Origin: Octopus vulgaris
Taxonomy: Eukaryota
Direction of reading: 5' to 3'
DNA length: 64,000 nucleotides
NCBI GenBank assembly: GCA_951406725.2
Contig: OX597815.1
Location: forward strand, 83,948,001-84,012,000
A program made the translations under genes and the position numbers. The stretch's first letter is position 1, and every line of letters starts with the position of its first letter. The notes under the pieces were generated by a model that saw only the letters and a list, made by a program, of their open reading frames with translations, was not told the DNA's origin and did not search any database. This document shows, in pieces, positions 39,893-53,838 of this stretch.

Positions 39893-40260
39893 ATGCCGAG
39901 CAAAATGCTAATCGGTGTTTTGTTCGTCCTTACGTTCTGCGTTCAAATTTCGATGGGATCGACTTCGCCTTTCATCATTTCGGGGTCGATAAAGTAAGTA
40001 CGATTTGAGTTCTGGAATTGATGTAATCGGCTTACTTCTGCCCCGAAATTGTTGTCCTTGCGTAAAATTTGAAATCAATGTTTAACATTCTTTCAAAGCC
40101 GGAGTACAAGCAGAATTGTCAGCGCGCCGGGAAAAATGATGTTTCATCGCTCCTTACGTTTAGTGTTTAAATTCTGCCGAGGTCAACATTGCCTGTCATC
40201 CTTTCAGGATGTCAATGTAATCGAAATTGTTGACCTTGCGCCAACATTTGAAACTAATAT
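39893..40260 (+). mobile_element. Two tandem SINE family 1 copies (tail type A)
   Basis: gttcaaatttcgatgggatcgacttcgcctttcatcatttcggggtcgataaagtaagtac, then a second copy from ~40100. Confidence 0.8.
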
Positions 40261-40447
40261 TTACCCTGCGCACGTAAGCGACAGCAGGGTCTTGTAATCA
40301 CTAGTCCTTGTCTGTGTGCTTGCAAAATTACTGAAAAACGGCTGAACGGATTTTCACCAAATTTGGCCGAAATACTCATTGGGCAACTGGCTCGAAATGT
40401 TGGAAATTTGGTTGATAATCTTCAAACATACATAAATGCATAGATAG

Positions 40448-40536
<89 letters not shown>

Positions 40537-41090
40537 AGTATACAGTAATGGATTCGAGGATTTCGTTTACTTTCGAGTTGATTTCTTAATTTCATCGGTG
40601 TATGAATACCTCTAAAAGTGATACTTAAGAAAAAAAAATCAGAAAACAATCGAACTTACAAATGTACCGATATGCAAATGGTCATATTATTTATATTCTA
40701 CAATGAACTACAGTACTTTTAATTCACCCGCCATCATTAAAAGACGTTCAAAATACTTCTCAAATTCTATGCAATATTTTCTATAAGTATTTCATTTTGT
40801 TCACTTTCTTTTTCATATGAGTCGAACCTTGCCTGCGTGTGTAAAGATCATGGTGTACCAATGCGCGTAGACACGTGTGTGTACATACATACATAAATAC
40901 AATAGATATGCGAAACTGTGTGTGTGCGTATGTGTACATGTACAGTGATGGATTTGACGGTTTCGTTTATTTATGAGTTGATTTCTTAATTTCACCGGAG
41001 TATAAATACCTCTAATGTTAATACTGGAAAAAATTAATTCAGTTTAATTAAAAAGTATGGGTAAGCGACGCATTGCAAGCCACACTATAA
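40261..41090 (+). mobile_element. Possible non-autonomous Helentron/HINE-like element(s), with an internal (TG)n and an ~85-bp duplicated module
   Basis: 5' short IR accctgc...gcagggt followed by ctgaaaaacggctgaacggattttcaccaaatttggc; 40541-40625 is repeated at 40941-41025. Confidence 0.45.
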
Positions 41091-42054
41091 TTTGCGAAAA
41101 AATTCATCTGCACGCAAGGTATGCATCGCCCCTCCGATGCCTTTGTTTTTTAATTAATCTTGTATTCTTTACCTATGAATTAATGTCGAATACAATGTAC
41201 ATTTTAATTTTACTTTGGAGGAGAGAAGGATCTGCTAAGATAATTATGACCTCTCGCAAATTGTAAAAACTTAAGTCTGTGATAGAAACCATTACTGTAT
41301 TAAATTTTCTTGTTAAATGATATTTAATGCGAAGCGACTGATTAAATATCATGTCTTGCAGCTAGTGTTATCCAGAATGAATAAAATGTGTAACAAATTA
41401 CAACTGAAATTGATGTAATCATGTATATTACTCCTAAGATATTTGTGGATTATGCTTATGTTAGATACTAATATTGCTGCATCTAACTAGTTCAGTGATT
41501 GGCATATTTGCTAGAGCGATGGCCAAAATTCATTACAGTATCATCTATCACAACACTATTGTGACTTGAAATTCTGCTAAGCTAGCAATGAGCCTTTGTC
41601 CTTTCAGGTTCAGGTTGTAAATGGAGTACCCTTACGCAAAATTAGGGGCCATGTACCTATGTCGTAATCCTTATCGTTTTAAGATATGTTCCATATGGCA
41701 GAATGAGTACATTAACTGAGAATGTTCATTTTGAATGTCCCACACACATGATGGAGCGTCCGTATAGTAAACACCGGTTAATTTCGAGATGCAATGTACT
41801 GCTCCCTCCTCTAAAATGTCTGACTTAAAATTTATTTGCGAAAAAAATACTATTGCAAGTATGTGAAATGTTTCACAATAGCTTTGGGTTAACAAAAATC
41901 TCGTAAGTAAAATATTCTAAATGTCCCAAAACATCATTGGAGTGTTACAAAAATAAAGAGGATTCCCTGACATTTCGCTCTCCTATAATGTCCCCTTATG
42001 CGCTGAATACGGATTCTGAAAAGAAGATAAAATATCAGAAAAAATGGTAATTTT

Positions 42055-43100
42055 AATATAATCTTTTCTGATATAGACACAAGGCCTGGAATTTCGGGGG
42101 AGGGGGCCAGTCGATTAGATCGACACCACAACTCAACAGGTACTTAATTTATCGACCCCGAAAGGATGAAAGGACAACACGACCTCGACGAAATTTGAAC
42201 TCAGAACATACTGGCAGACGAAATACCAATTTCTTTATTGACCACCGGGGCGCAAACATAGAAATATCGAATGGAATTAACAATAGAAAGACAATACAAA
42301 TAAAGCGATGATCAGGCCACGATCCGACCCCACAAGCCCCGATCTACCGCTGGTACTTTTTTTTCTTTCTTCCGTCTATTCACACGGTTCCTTGCACGCA
42401 CAACAATCGTGCAAGATGCTTCCATCTCTTTTGGAACGTACACTCCCACAGAAATCTCTTCTCCAGCCACAGCTTACTTTTCAAATGAAAAGAAAAAAAT
42501 GATCGTAAATTGTGGCCAGAGATAAAGTTGCCTGTCTTAATTCTTTTTATCCTAGTCTCCCGTACAGCCTCTTTCGCTATTGCTACAACCGGGAGAAAAC
42601 AATTCTTACCTTCGTTCGTTAAAACTCCCGGTGGGTCAATTTTTACGATTGACTCAGTCGACAGCTGTACTCTTCCTTCGCTGGACAACAGGTGTTCAGC
42701 TTAAGCCCACATTTCAGTTATCTCCGGATACTAAACTGGAAAGACAAAGGGATTAAATCAATTACATCGACCCCAGTGCGTAACTGTTACTTATTTAATC
42801 GACCCCGAAAGGATGAAAGGCAAAGTTGACCTCGGTAGAGTTTGAGCTCAGAACGTAACGGTAGACAAAATACTTATTTCTTTACTACCCACAAAGGGCT
42901 AAACACAGAGGGGACAAACAAGGACATACAAACGGATTAAGTCGATTACATCGACGCCAGTGCGTAACTGGTACTTAATACATCGACCCCGAAATGATGA
43001 AAGGCAAAGTCGACGGAATTTGAACTCAGAACGTAACGGTAGACAAAATACTGCTAAGCATTTCTCCCGGCATACTAACAATTCTGCCAGCTCACCGCCT
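42055..43100 (-). mobile_element. Nested SINE1 / SINE1 / Tx1-like LINE composite
   Basis: Minus strand order: head (43100-43052), SINE body + type B tail (43051-42874), SINE body (42873-42739), LINE 3' part (42738-42227), SINE body + type A tail (42226-42055). Confidence 0.85.
42227..42738 (-). mobile_element. Tx1/L1-like LINE 3' fragment (older subfamily)
   Basis: GRVQLSTESIVKIDPP...AIAKEAV...FISGHNLRSFFSFHLKSKL is homologous to ORF 22809-23456; ends aataaagaaa. Confidence 0.88.
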
Positions 43101-43629
43101 AATTTTAATATAATAAACTAATAGATTGAATATTTTAACTACTCAGAGCAGGGCCAAAGTCCGATCGCAGCAACAACAGAAAAAGTATACAAATATGTTT
43201 ATAATAAAAAAAGTACATGAGTTCAAATCCGGCCGATGAAATAGTTACTTCTTTCGGGTTTGACAATATCAACGAAATACTAGGGCTGATATATTACAGA
43301 ATGTCTCACTCCCAAGTATCATGTCTTCTACCTATATCAGAAATAAATATTATGGATGAGGTGTACTATTATTACATCTAAATTTGTTTAGTCTGGTCAT
43401 TCAGAAATCATCAATCTTCAAACAATTTTCTAGTAACGATTTCAAAGTAACAAAATTTTACATTATTACTTCTTGGTGTTTGTCAATAAAATTATCTTTT
43501 CCTTTTTCGTCTTAAAATTAAATAATAATTTGTAAACTTGAACCAATATTTCAATTTATGAATTTACTTGGAATGATAATCATGAAAATTCTAATATATT
43601 TTCATTACTAAGAATATTTAGAACATTGT

Positions 43630-43658
43630 CTTACATATATACAAAGATACAGACACAT

Positions 43659-43721
<63 letters not shown>

Positions 43722-43729
43722 CATATACA

Positions 43730-43787
<58 letters not shown>

Positions 43788-43924
43788 TGTATGTATATGT
43801 ATATATGTATTAACATACATATATGTATATATGTATGTGTGTATGTATGTATGTATGTATGTATGTATGTATATACATACACACATATATACATACAAGT
43901 ACACACACACATACACACACACTA

Positions 43925-43975
<51 letters not shown>
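43630..43975. repeat. Compound (CA)/(TA)/(TATG) microsatellite
   Basis: Directly visible. Confidence 0.95.
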
Positions 43976-43978
<3 letters not shown>

Positions 43979-44138
43979 AATCTATGTATACGAATAGAAC
44001 AGTACGAAAAGTGAAGAGAGAGAATAGATGTTTATTCCGTTCTTTACAGCTGTTTCATAATTTAGTTAGTTGCAAAGTAGATATATCAAAATTTTCACTA
44101 AGTAAAATATACACCGAAATATCTATCCGCGTATACCC

Positions 44139-44170
<32 letters not shown>

Positions 44171-45925
44171 ACAAACATATATGTATGCATATATATTATA
44201 AATAATTAAATATGGTGCTCCAGCATGGCTGAAACTAGTAAAAGAGTAAAAAGAATATATAAAGAGAAAGTGAGAAAGGGAAGGAGAAATACATTTATAT
44301 CATATATCATATGACATATTCTAAATTTGTTAAAATTACCTCCGGCAATAAAGGATGTTTCACAATTAATAACTGCCAATCAAGACCAGTTCCATATAAG
44401 AAGGTGAGATAATCTCAATAATCAAAACTTTCCCAAAGTCGACAAGCCATTAAGGAAGAAGACGGGCATATTTTCTGGAGATAAGATGGGAAGTGCGGAC
44501 GCATGTTTCTGTGTCGTGTCCTGTGTCCAAGAAAATCAAGAAAAAATAAATAGGTATTAATTCGCATATATTTACTTTTATGTGTGTGTCATCTCTATAT
44601 GCATTTGTTTGTCTATTTGTCTGCATATATATTTCTATTTGTACACGTGCATACATTTATGTATTTATATACTTTTGTATAAAATTACACACACACGTGT
44701 TTACATGCGTTGTTTTTTCAAGCAGCGGTGGCTAAGATTTGAGTGACACGTAGTAAGGGCACTATTTGACATCGTATATATTCTAGTACCTTATCGGTCA
44801 AGTCTGAAGTGTGCCAAACAATATCAGCAATAACGACGAAATAATATATAATTTTTGATTTAATTGTATTAATTATACTGATTTCTATATTTTGTAGCAT
44901 TATTTCGCTTTCTATATTTAAATTACATCAATAAGTAATTTTAAACTCAAAAGAATTTATCTTCGCAAGTTGCAATATCAATTATTCATTCAAAGAATGT
45001 TTAAAATATTTTGGTAATAACAATAAATATAGATACTTATTAGTTTCCTGATTCTTATTATCAAAATAGATCAAACCAAACATCTAAATATCTCTTATCT
45101 CTTTAGCTCAAGAAGAACGATTTGCGACACATATTAAACGGCCCAGCATCGTGCCAATAATAACTACTTAATCAATATCAATTCTGCTTAACTGAAAATT
45201 ATATGATGTAGCAATTCATTATCTTAAACGAAAATTACAAAACGGAAGCTTTAGTGAAACAGTACCGTAAATATTGTGTATTAGAGTAGTGAATTTAATC
45301 CCAACTAAGTTAAATGTAAACGTACTTTCACTAAAATTGTGATATTTCATCAATGAGCAATTACACGTTTTCTTTAAAATATATATCTCTCCTTAGTGAA
45401 CTTACATTTGAAGTATTCAAAGTCGACACTGAAGTTTAATAAATACATAAAGAAGATAAACATTTTGCTCCGATCAATAAGTACATCAACTGCACTATAT
45501 ATGATTAGGTCGCTTTACTTTGTTCATATTACAAGTCCGAGATTTCTTCTAGATACATGGTTCATAAAATCTTCAACAGGCCTCCTCTTTAATCAGTAAA
45601 ACAATTCTATCATGTTATCACTTTCCAGATTTATAAAAGACAGATACATGAAGAAAAAACTTCAAATTCAGCACTATTCTTTATCCAAACGAGCAAAATA
45701 GCTTTTTCTAAAATCTCTAAAAGGTATAAGTAGTAATAATAATAGACGGTAATTTTCGGAGGGGTGTGTGTGCCACTATAACATAGCTGTTCTGTAAATA
45801 ACTATGCTGCTACCTTTTAACCCCAGGAAAATGTCTTTTCCAGCTGGTTAACGACACACAACATATGTCCTACATATTGTGAGTAAAGGAGCGAATCACC
45901 CGCCCCCTCCAGCTTTGCCAAGACG

Positions 45926-45966
45926 AGTAGACCATAGATTCTGGGTCTTTACCCTTCATCGGTACT
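45926..45966 (-). ncRNA. Hammerhead ribozyme (family E), copy with intact 5' core
   Basis: AGTA-CCGATGA-A-GGGT-AAAG-ACCC-A-GAAT-CTATGG-TC-TACT. Confidence 0.7.
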
Positions 45967-46302
45967 GGACACCTGCCAGCTAGAGATTGAAGTCAATCGT
46001 CCCTATTCACAATATATAAAGAGTGAAGCGGCAGACAATCGATGATCTTGTAAAGAGTTGATTCACTCCCTTACTCGCTATATATCGGGCACAGGTTGTG
46101 TGACGTTAACCAGCTTTATAGAACAGCCATGTTAGAGTGGCAAAAAAACCTTACCGTCTAGTATTGCTATTACTTATGTCTCGTTTGGAGATTTTAGAAC
46201 TAGCTATTTTGCTCGTTACGAGATCAGCAGCTGTCTGCCGCTTCTCTGTTTACATCTTGTGAGTAGGGACGATTGACTGCCATCTCTAGCAGGCAGGTGG
46301 CC

Positions 46303-46343
46303 AGTACCGATAAAGGCTAAAGACCCAGAAACCATGGTTTACT
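46303..46343 (+). ncRNA. Hammerhead ribozyme (family E), copy with intact 3' half
   Basis: AGTA-CCGATAA-A-GGCT-AAAG-ACCC-A-GAA-ACCATGGT-T-TACT; palindromic stem III ACCATGGT. Confidence 0.7.
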
Positions 46344-46506
46344 AGTCTTGGCAAGCTAGAGGGGAGTGATTCGCTCCTTCGCTTATAATATATCGGACAC
46401 AGGCTGTGTGTCGTTAACCAGCTGGAAAAGACGTTTTCCTGATATTAAAATGTAGCAACATATTTCATTATACAACAGCCATATTATAGTGGCAAAAAAC
46501 ATTACC

Positions 46507-46556
<50 letters not shown>

Positions 46557-47099
46557 GTTTCTGAATAGATAGGTATTTAGTATAAAGAGTTGTCTTGAAT
46601 TTGCATCTGTAGAATTATATTTCACAAAATGTTTATGTGCTTACATATACATCCAGCTCATACATATACACACACACGCGCAAATAACTCTATATTTATA
46701 CATGTGCGTGATTATGTATATGTATATATGAAATCCGTTATTATAATTCTTGGGTGGCGGGTACTTTTGGCAGGTATTATTTTTTTCTCCTGTTATTTTT
46801 TAGCAAACCTTCTTACAAGTCACTCCTGATCATCCAACAGATTTCACCAGTATTCATATTACCAGTGACGCACACGAGCGACACGTAGACCCATGTATTT
46901 TAAGTACGACCATGATATAATCCATATCTATAATAACTTATGAGCATATATTTTTCATGAGTCATATAAAATTTGCGTGTAGAATCAAAGTCATAAGTGT
47001 GTGGTTATAGTAATAGTAACTTTATTACCCGGTTGAAATTTTGAGTATTCATTCCATTTTGTTCTTTGTTGCTGTTTTTGGGGGGACGATGGTGGTGGC

Positions 47100-47850
47100 T
47101 CAGGTTGTATCAATCGGGGTAATCGCTTTGTGTCGAGGATTCAGTTTTTTTATTGTTTCTGATGAACATTACCTGTGTTGAATTTTGCATTCTATTGCAC
47201 CATTTAATATTGCTTCCATAATTAATATAGTTTGGAGGGAAAATTCTATATTACATGGTTGACTTTCCTTTCTAGTCTCTCTCATATTGTGTGATTTAGT
47301 GCATTGCAATTATTTTTGCGAAATAAATGCATGTTGAACCGTTGAGAAAATGTCGTTCCCGTATAACCATTTTTAATAGTAAAATTCATGAACTTTACAT
47401 CTTCCACATTTGCAATAAAATTTATAGATTTCATTGATCACTTGCAAAATATTCATATGCCCGAATACATTATAATTTCAGTATTTTTTGTTTTTTGTTT
47501 GTTGGCTTTTAATTTTACTATATCATTAGTGCTAGTTTATGATAGAGTGCAATGGGATTTCTGATTTATGAGGTTTTGATAACGTGTTAATTATTTCTAC
47601 AGCTTCTGTGCATTTAGTTCATGCTATTATAATTTTTTTTGTGTGGTTAACTGGAGAGCCTAAGGTATTTAGTACGACGAACTCTTTCCCATGATTGTCT
47701 ACATTTGGATTTCCTACCTTGTTTGCATATCGTTGAGCCTTACCTTTACATATTTTTTTTATTTGTTCGGTAGAGTTATGTGTATCATATTTTGTTCTGA
47801 AAAAGAATCCGAGGCTGTAAAGGCCCCACACTGAAATACTTGACATCTTT
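47100..47850 (-). pseudogene. Degenerate Penelope-like GIY-YIG endonuclease relic
   Basis: EIYKFYCKCG (~VVYKFxCxCG) followed by NGYTGTTFSQRFNMH (~YIGxTxxxLxxRxxxH). Confidence 0.45.
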
Positions 47851-47928
47851 GAAACAAGTAATTTTGAATCAAGCGTTGAAAATAGAAATGATATCGCACT
47901 ATGTATGCATGTGTTTGTGTTTGTATGT

Positions 47929-47982
<54 letters not shown>

Positions 47983-48326
47983 TATACATATATATATATA
48001 CATATCTACAAATATATGCAAATTCCTGCATAGACATAGAGAGAAGTACAAACGCATACACACATGCAATTACCCTTGTATTACTTTAACTTCATATATA
48101 TCTGAGAGTATATGTAATGTATGTAACATACATATATACCTGAATATCTATACGCACGTGTGAGTGTATATGAGTGCATATTTTCAGGTGCATTTGTTAT
48201 GAATGAATTTGTGTATTAAGAAATCCCAGAAAAATTTTTTTAATAGTCACCTGCCCACGAGGATTATTTACGCAGTTTCGATAATGACAGCAGACCCAGA
48301 GTCATCACTTTTTTAGTGTTTCAGAA

Positions 48327-48378
<52 letters not shown>

Positions 48379-48882
48379 TTCAGAGAGCTCTTGGTTGGTC
48401 GTTGATTCTTTCGGCGTTGTTACTTCATTACAATGAATTTCTCAAAAAATTTCAATGATTTGTTATCCCTTAAAACGCCAAACAAATACATGAAGGAAAT
48501 CACAAACTATAATGATATAAAAGACGTAGTTGTATTGAAAGCCCAGTCATTGTTAAATATCTTCCATTCTCCAAGTATCCAACACAAAAAGAGAAAGAAA
48601 GGAAGCAAATATAACTTACTAAAAAGACCAGGCTTTGGTCGGTAATATAACAATCTGTAACACAGGATTTTCAGGTCTATTTTTGCTCAAAGTGCTGGCT
48701 GTAGTTATGTGTGTGTGCGCTTGTGTATACGTATATGTATATGTGTATATATATATATACATATATATACACATATATACGTATATATATATATAATTTT
48801 GTATGTATTTGTATATATATATATGCATATATGTATAGATATATACCCATATATGTATATGTCTATATATACATATATATAC

Positions 48883-48913
<31 letters not shown>

Positions 48914-49425
48914 TGTATTTCTCTCCCTCTCCCTCTCTCTCTCTCTATATATATATATGCACCTGTATATGCATATATATCTTACATATATATACATATA
49001 TATATGTGTGTGTGTGTGTGTATGTATGTGTGTATGTGTGTATGTATATAGATGTGTGTATGTGTACACACGCGCTTGTGTTTTAGCTAGTTTATGTATT
49101 ATAGAAGTGACAGAGACAGACAATGAGAGAGTGAGAAGAGGAGCAGAAGGAGGGAGACTGTAAGGACGAGGAGGACGCAAACGGCAAGAACTCTTTTCTA
49201 AATAAGAAGAATTTAAATAACAAAATGTTCGTTGTGATTCTCCCTTTTACGTTTTCTTTTGATGTTCTTGTTATTTCTAAAATAGTCCAGGCTCAGATTC
49301 ACACAACACCGTTCCAATATCATCCTTCTTACTAAAAACCTTTCTAAAATCTCTCGCTTTGTTTTTTTCATGAAATTACACCCCCACATATATACATACA
49401 TATATATATATATATATATACATAC

Positions 49426-49465
<40 letters not shown>

Positions 49466-49742
49466 GTATATGTATATGTATGTATGTATGTATGTAAGTA
49501 TGTATGTATAAGAATATATGTGCGTGTGTATGACTATATACTTACATACTCAAATATACACACACATACTCACACACACACACGCGCGCGCGCGCGCACA
49601 CATATGCCTGTGTGAGTGGATGTATGTATTGGTGTCTATTTTAAAATGCCCAGAAGGTATTAGTTATAGATTAAATCTCTACTCATTCTCTCTCCCTCTC
49701 TCTTTTCCTTTCTCTCTCCTCACCTCTCTCTCTCCCTCTCTC

Positions 49743-49778
<36 letters not shown>

Positions 49779-50514
49779 TATCTAATTCTCTGATTCTCAT
49801 TTGGTTTATAGTAACAAATAGAAAGCCGTAACGAATACTAAAAGAGTAAACAGCAGATTGTTTGGTTAGGAAGACTGAATTTAATTCAATTAAATGTTAT
49901 CAAAAAAGTGTCCTTCTACATTTACTGACGTGACTACTCCCTACCGTTGCAGAAATACTAGCGTATATGTATGAATGTATATGTGAGTGTGTGTGTGAGT
50001 GCGTGTTTTTGCGTGTTTGTGTGTGGGCTATGTTTGTTTATAGGCGCGTGTTTATATTTACATACATATAGATACATATCTAAATACATACATACATACA
50101 TACATACATACATACACTTTTACTTTATAAATAAACAGGCGAAATAGATTCGCAAAAGTTTTTTTTTACTACATGTTTTTCTAATTATTTTACGTAATTT
50201 TTTTATCAGATACACTGGTACACACACACATACACACACGCGCACAAACACACACATATATGCATGTTTGCATGTATGTATGTATGTATGTATGTATGTA
50301 TGTATGTATGTATAGAAGAAATACCGTTTGTTACCATACAAAGAGTGTATGTTATCCGGCCAATTATATAGCCTACATTATAGTTACTTTTCAGCCATGT
50401 TATATTTTACTACTGTTCTTGATTTTCGCATGTTTTCTTAAAGCACGTATACGTCTGTGTCTTTCAGTGTATTACACGTGTGCACAGATTGGTGAAGGCC
50501 AAATTTTTTATTAT

Positions 50515-50822
50515 CTTTTGTCTTTTGTCTGTTTCAGTGATTGGATTGCTGCCATGCTGGGGCACCTCATTGAAGGTTTAGTGGGAAAAAAAAACTTGCC
50601 CCACTACTTATTTACTTTGAAACTGTTACTTACTTCATCGGTTTCTGTTTACCGAACCCCTATGTGTTTTTGATGGGGAGGGTGCATATACGAACTAACA
50701 TCAGTCATGAAGCGATACTGCAGAAAAATTTTAACACAAGGGCACACAAACACATATGTATATATATATATATATACGTATATATATTCATATATATATA
50801 TATACATATATATATATGCGTT

Positions 50823-50862
<40 letters not shown>

Positions 50863-51025
50863 TGTTTATGTGACCGTAGCTTAGCATTTCGGCAGAAGAG
50901 AACGATAGAATAAGCAGCAGACTTGCAAAGAATAAACCAAGTAGTCTATTTCTGCAACTAAAAGGCGGTGCTTCCGTATGGTCTCAGTGAAATGACTGAA
51001 ACGAGTAAAACAATAAAAGAATATG

Positions 51026-51075
<50 letters not shown>

Positions 51076-51173
51076 AATTTACGGGGACGCAAACACACCA
51101 ACACCGGTTGTCAAGTGGTGTTGTTGTTGTTGGTGGTGGTGGTGGTGGGACAAACACAAACACACACACACAC

Positions 51174-51253
<80 letters not shown>

Positions 51254-51420
51254 TGTATGTATGTATACGACGGGCCTCTTTCAGTTTCCGCCTATCAAAT
51301 CCACTCAGAATGCTTTGGTTGTGCCGGGGCTATAGTGGAACACATTTACCCAATACGCTACGCAGTAGGACCGAACCAGGAACCATGTAGTTGGAAGACA
51401 TCCTTCTTTCTCCATAGCCA
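50515..51420. mobile_element. Cluster of SINE family 2 modules in both orientations
   Basis: Tail (-) 50515-50720, tail (+) 50857-51022, partial tail and head (-) 51080-51420. Confidence 0.8.
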
Positions 51421-52169
51421 ATTCAACGTCTTGCTATGATAACTTTTACTTTTGTTTACTTATTTGTATTTTAATAGTTGATCTTATTTGGTGAGGGATT
51501 TTTTTTACAACAGCGAGGGACTTTTATGTTGCTGTTTATATTTAAGAAGATAAGAAAAAAAATAAGTCAATATTCTTTACTAAGAAGTCTGTAGTACTGA
51601 TAGTGGTTACATTATATCACCATCAACATAAATATTTACATAAAGCAATGTGTGCCATTCTGTGCGTGTAGGCACACACAGACGCACATACGCTCTCACA
51701 TATACACGCCCTCACTCAGAGGATGGGGGTCTCTGTTAGTTGAACGACGAGTATTTTGTTATTCCACTAACTGAATTACCTTCTGCGTGTAAGTTGCTCA
51801 GCCTCGTTTATCCGTAACATGTTTCTCAAGTACAGTCACACGCAAATAGTATGTGCGCTACAAGTCTGTACTTTCCGATTCCAAGTACAATCCATACTAC
51901 TAGCTTTCATGCATGTTTTATTTACCCAATCCCACTTACAAAATATTTGTCGAGCCGTAGCTAGAGAAAATTCATTTTCGCATGATCGTATGTAACGGGA
52001 TCGAACTCGCAAACCCAAATATCGAAATGAATATCTTACTACTTGTCAAAGCTAAAGGACAATATCCAAAATTTCCTGTCGTACTCGATATACTACCTCT
52101 ATTTCATGCATTTCTTAGTTTTTAACGTGTCAATTTGTATATAACTTATATTCATAAACAGGACTTTTC

Positions 52170-52800
52170 GGTCAAGAGGCGCTGCTACCATTATCCTTCT
52201 TTTCTACACCTTCAACGGTCCTCCTCTTAGATACTATTGTCTGCCTTGGTCTCTTTACACGAAACAAAGACACATAAATACTGAAGCACTCCAGAGATCT
52301 ATTGCAAAATAACTAGTCGGCATGATAGGTCTTGATTTTTGGGACCTTCTCGAGAAACTTAAACTTTATTCCCTCCAACGCCCGTCCGAATGCTATGTTG
52401 TTTGTATGATGCAGAAAACCTTCCAGCAACATTGCTCAAATGATGTTGGCATCTATTTCAAACAGGGCTGTACGTCCTCTTCAAAAATTATGCTGGTGTC
52501 AAATCACAATACTAAGAGAGAAGCATTTAACCTCAAATGGCCTTGGTCTCTTTCACATCATGCCAAGACACATACGAGAAGAAAAAGATTTCCAAACGGT
52601 TTCTTGTCTAATATCTCCAACAAATTTCGAAACCCGCCTACACTCTGATATATCTCTACAAATAATGACTCTTTACTCGAATGTGCTATGGTGACCAAAC
52701 AGTAACTGTAACATGAGACATCATTAAATGTCTTAAGTTAGTCATGTCCTTGGCCAATTCTACCCGAAGAAAAGTCCTTGCAATAAACCACGACGTCGGA
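52170..52800 (+). mobile_element. CR1/L2-group LINE ORF2 3' relic
   Basis: EALQRSIAK...MIGLDFWDLLEKLKLYSLQR (~LEKLxLYSLQRRRERY); related to 53838-54230. Confidence 0.8.
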
Positions 52801-52884
52801 AACCTTTGAACTTTACGTAAAACTATTGCTATTATTACTTTTATTTTTATACTTTCCTAACTTTCCTGTACTTTATGTTTTCCT

Positions 52885-53080
52885 GTGTGACCCTTCTGAC
52901 CGGCGGTCGCCATGATAGATCGGTAGCCACTACACACATTTTTTCTCTCCTAATTTCTTTCTATGGAAGAGCGTAGGCTCGAAACGTAAAAGACGTTTTC
53001 TATTCCTGAGCGTTATACTAATACATCTGTTTGTTTTCTACAACACCTGTCTTCGTCTTTTGTTTGTTTTCGTGAATTCT

Positions 53081-53083
<3 letters not shown>
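52885..53083 (+). mobile_element. HHR repeat family C, copy 1 (HHR 52956-52993)
   Basis: TCTTT-ctatgga-A-GAGC-GTAG-GCTC-GAAA-CG-TA-AAAGA: stems intact, core mutated. The downstream cctgagcgt...taatac resembles family A. Ends at (TA)n. Confidence 0.75.
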
Positions 53084-53153
<70 letters not shown>

Positions 53154-53163
53154 TATACATATA

Positions 53164-53169
<6 letters not shown>

Positions 53170-53196
<27 letters not shown>

Positions 53197-53269
53197 TATG
53201 TATACATGTATGCATGTATGTATGTACGCATGCATGCATGTATGCATATACCTAAATATATAATTGTGT

Positions 53270-53312
<43 letters not shown>

Positions 53313-53458
53313 TATGTGTTTGCAAGTGACATAATATTCTTATCTTCAGAAACCATTGTATATATGTATGTATGTATGTATGTATTATGTATACATGTAT
53401 GCATGTATGTATGTACGCATGCATGCATGTATGCATATACCTAAATATATAATTGTGT

Positions 53459-53501
<43 letters not shown>

Positions 53502-53548
53502 GTATGTGTTTGCAAGTGACATAATATTCTTATCTTCAGAAACCATTG
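53170..53548. repeat. Near-perfect 190-bp tandem duplication of a compound microsatellite unit
   Basis: cagaaaccattg at 53347 and 53537; unique spacer sequences are identical. Confidence 0.9.
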
Positions 53549-53776
53549 GGACAGGTTATGTGGGGTTGCTTCATCTTCTTTGTGTTCTTCTTCCACCTCT
53601 TCTTCCTCTATACCTTATTTCCTTCAGCTTCATCATATTCTTTTCCATTCTCACCTCTTTCACTTCGTTTCCTCTGCATACTACTACCACTTCCGTGATT
53701 ACGACTAATGTTACTGCTGTATTAATCATGGCGTTCACTATACACACACACATGCACACACACACACGCACGCACG

Positions 53777-53837
<61 letters not shown>

Positions 53838-53838
<1 letters not shown>

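Larger units (their letters stand above)
45686..46510. mobile_element. HHR repeat family E: ~370-bp monomer, one antisense copy plus a partial sense tandem
   Basis: 45686-46055 is the reverse complement of 46215-46510 and, for its first half, of 46058-46217. The monomer end joins the monomer start at ~46215. Confidence 0.85.
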
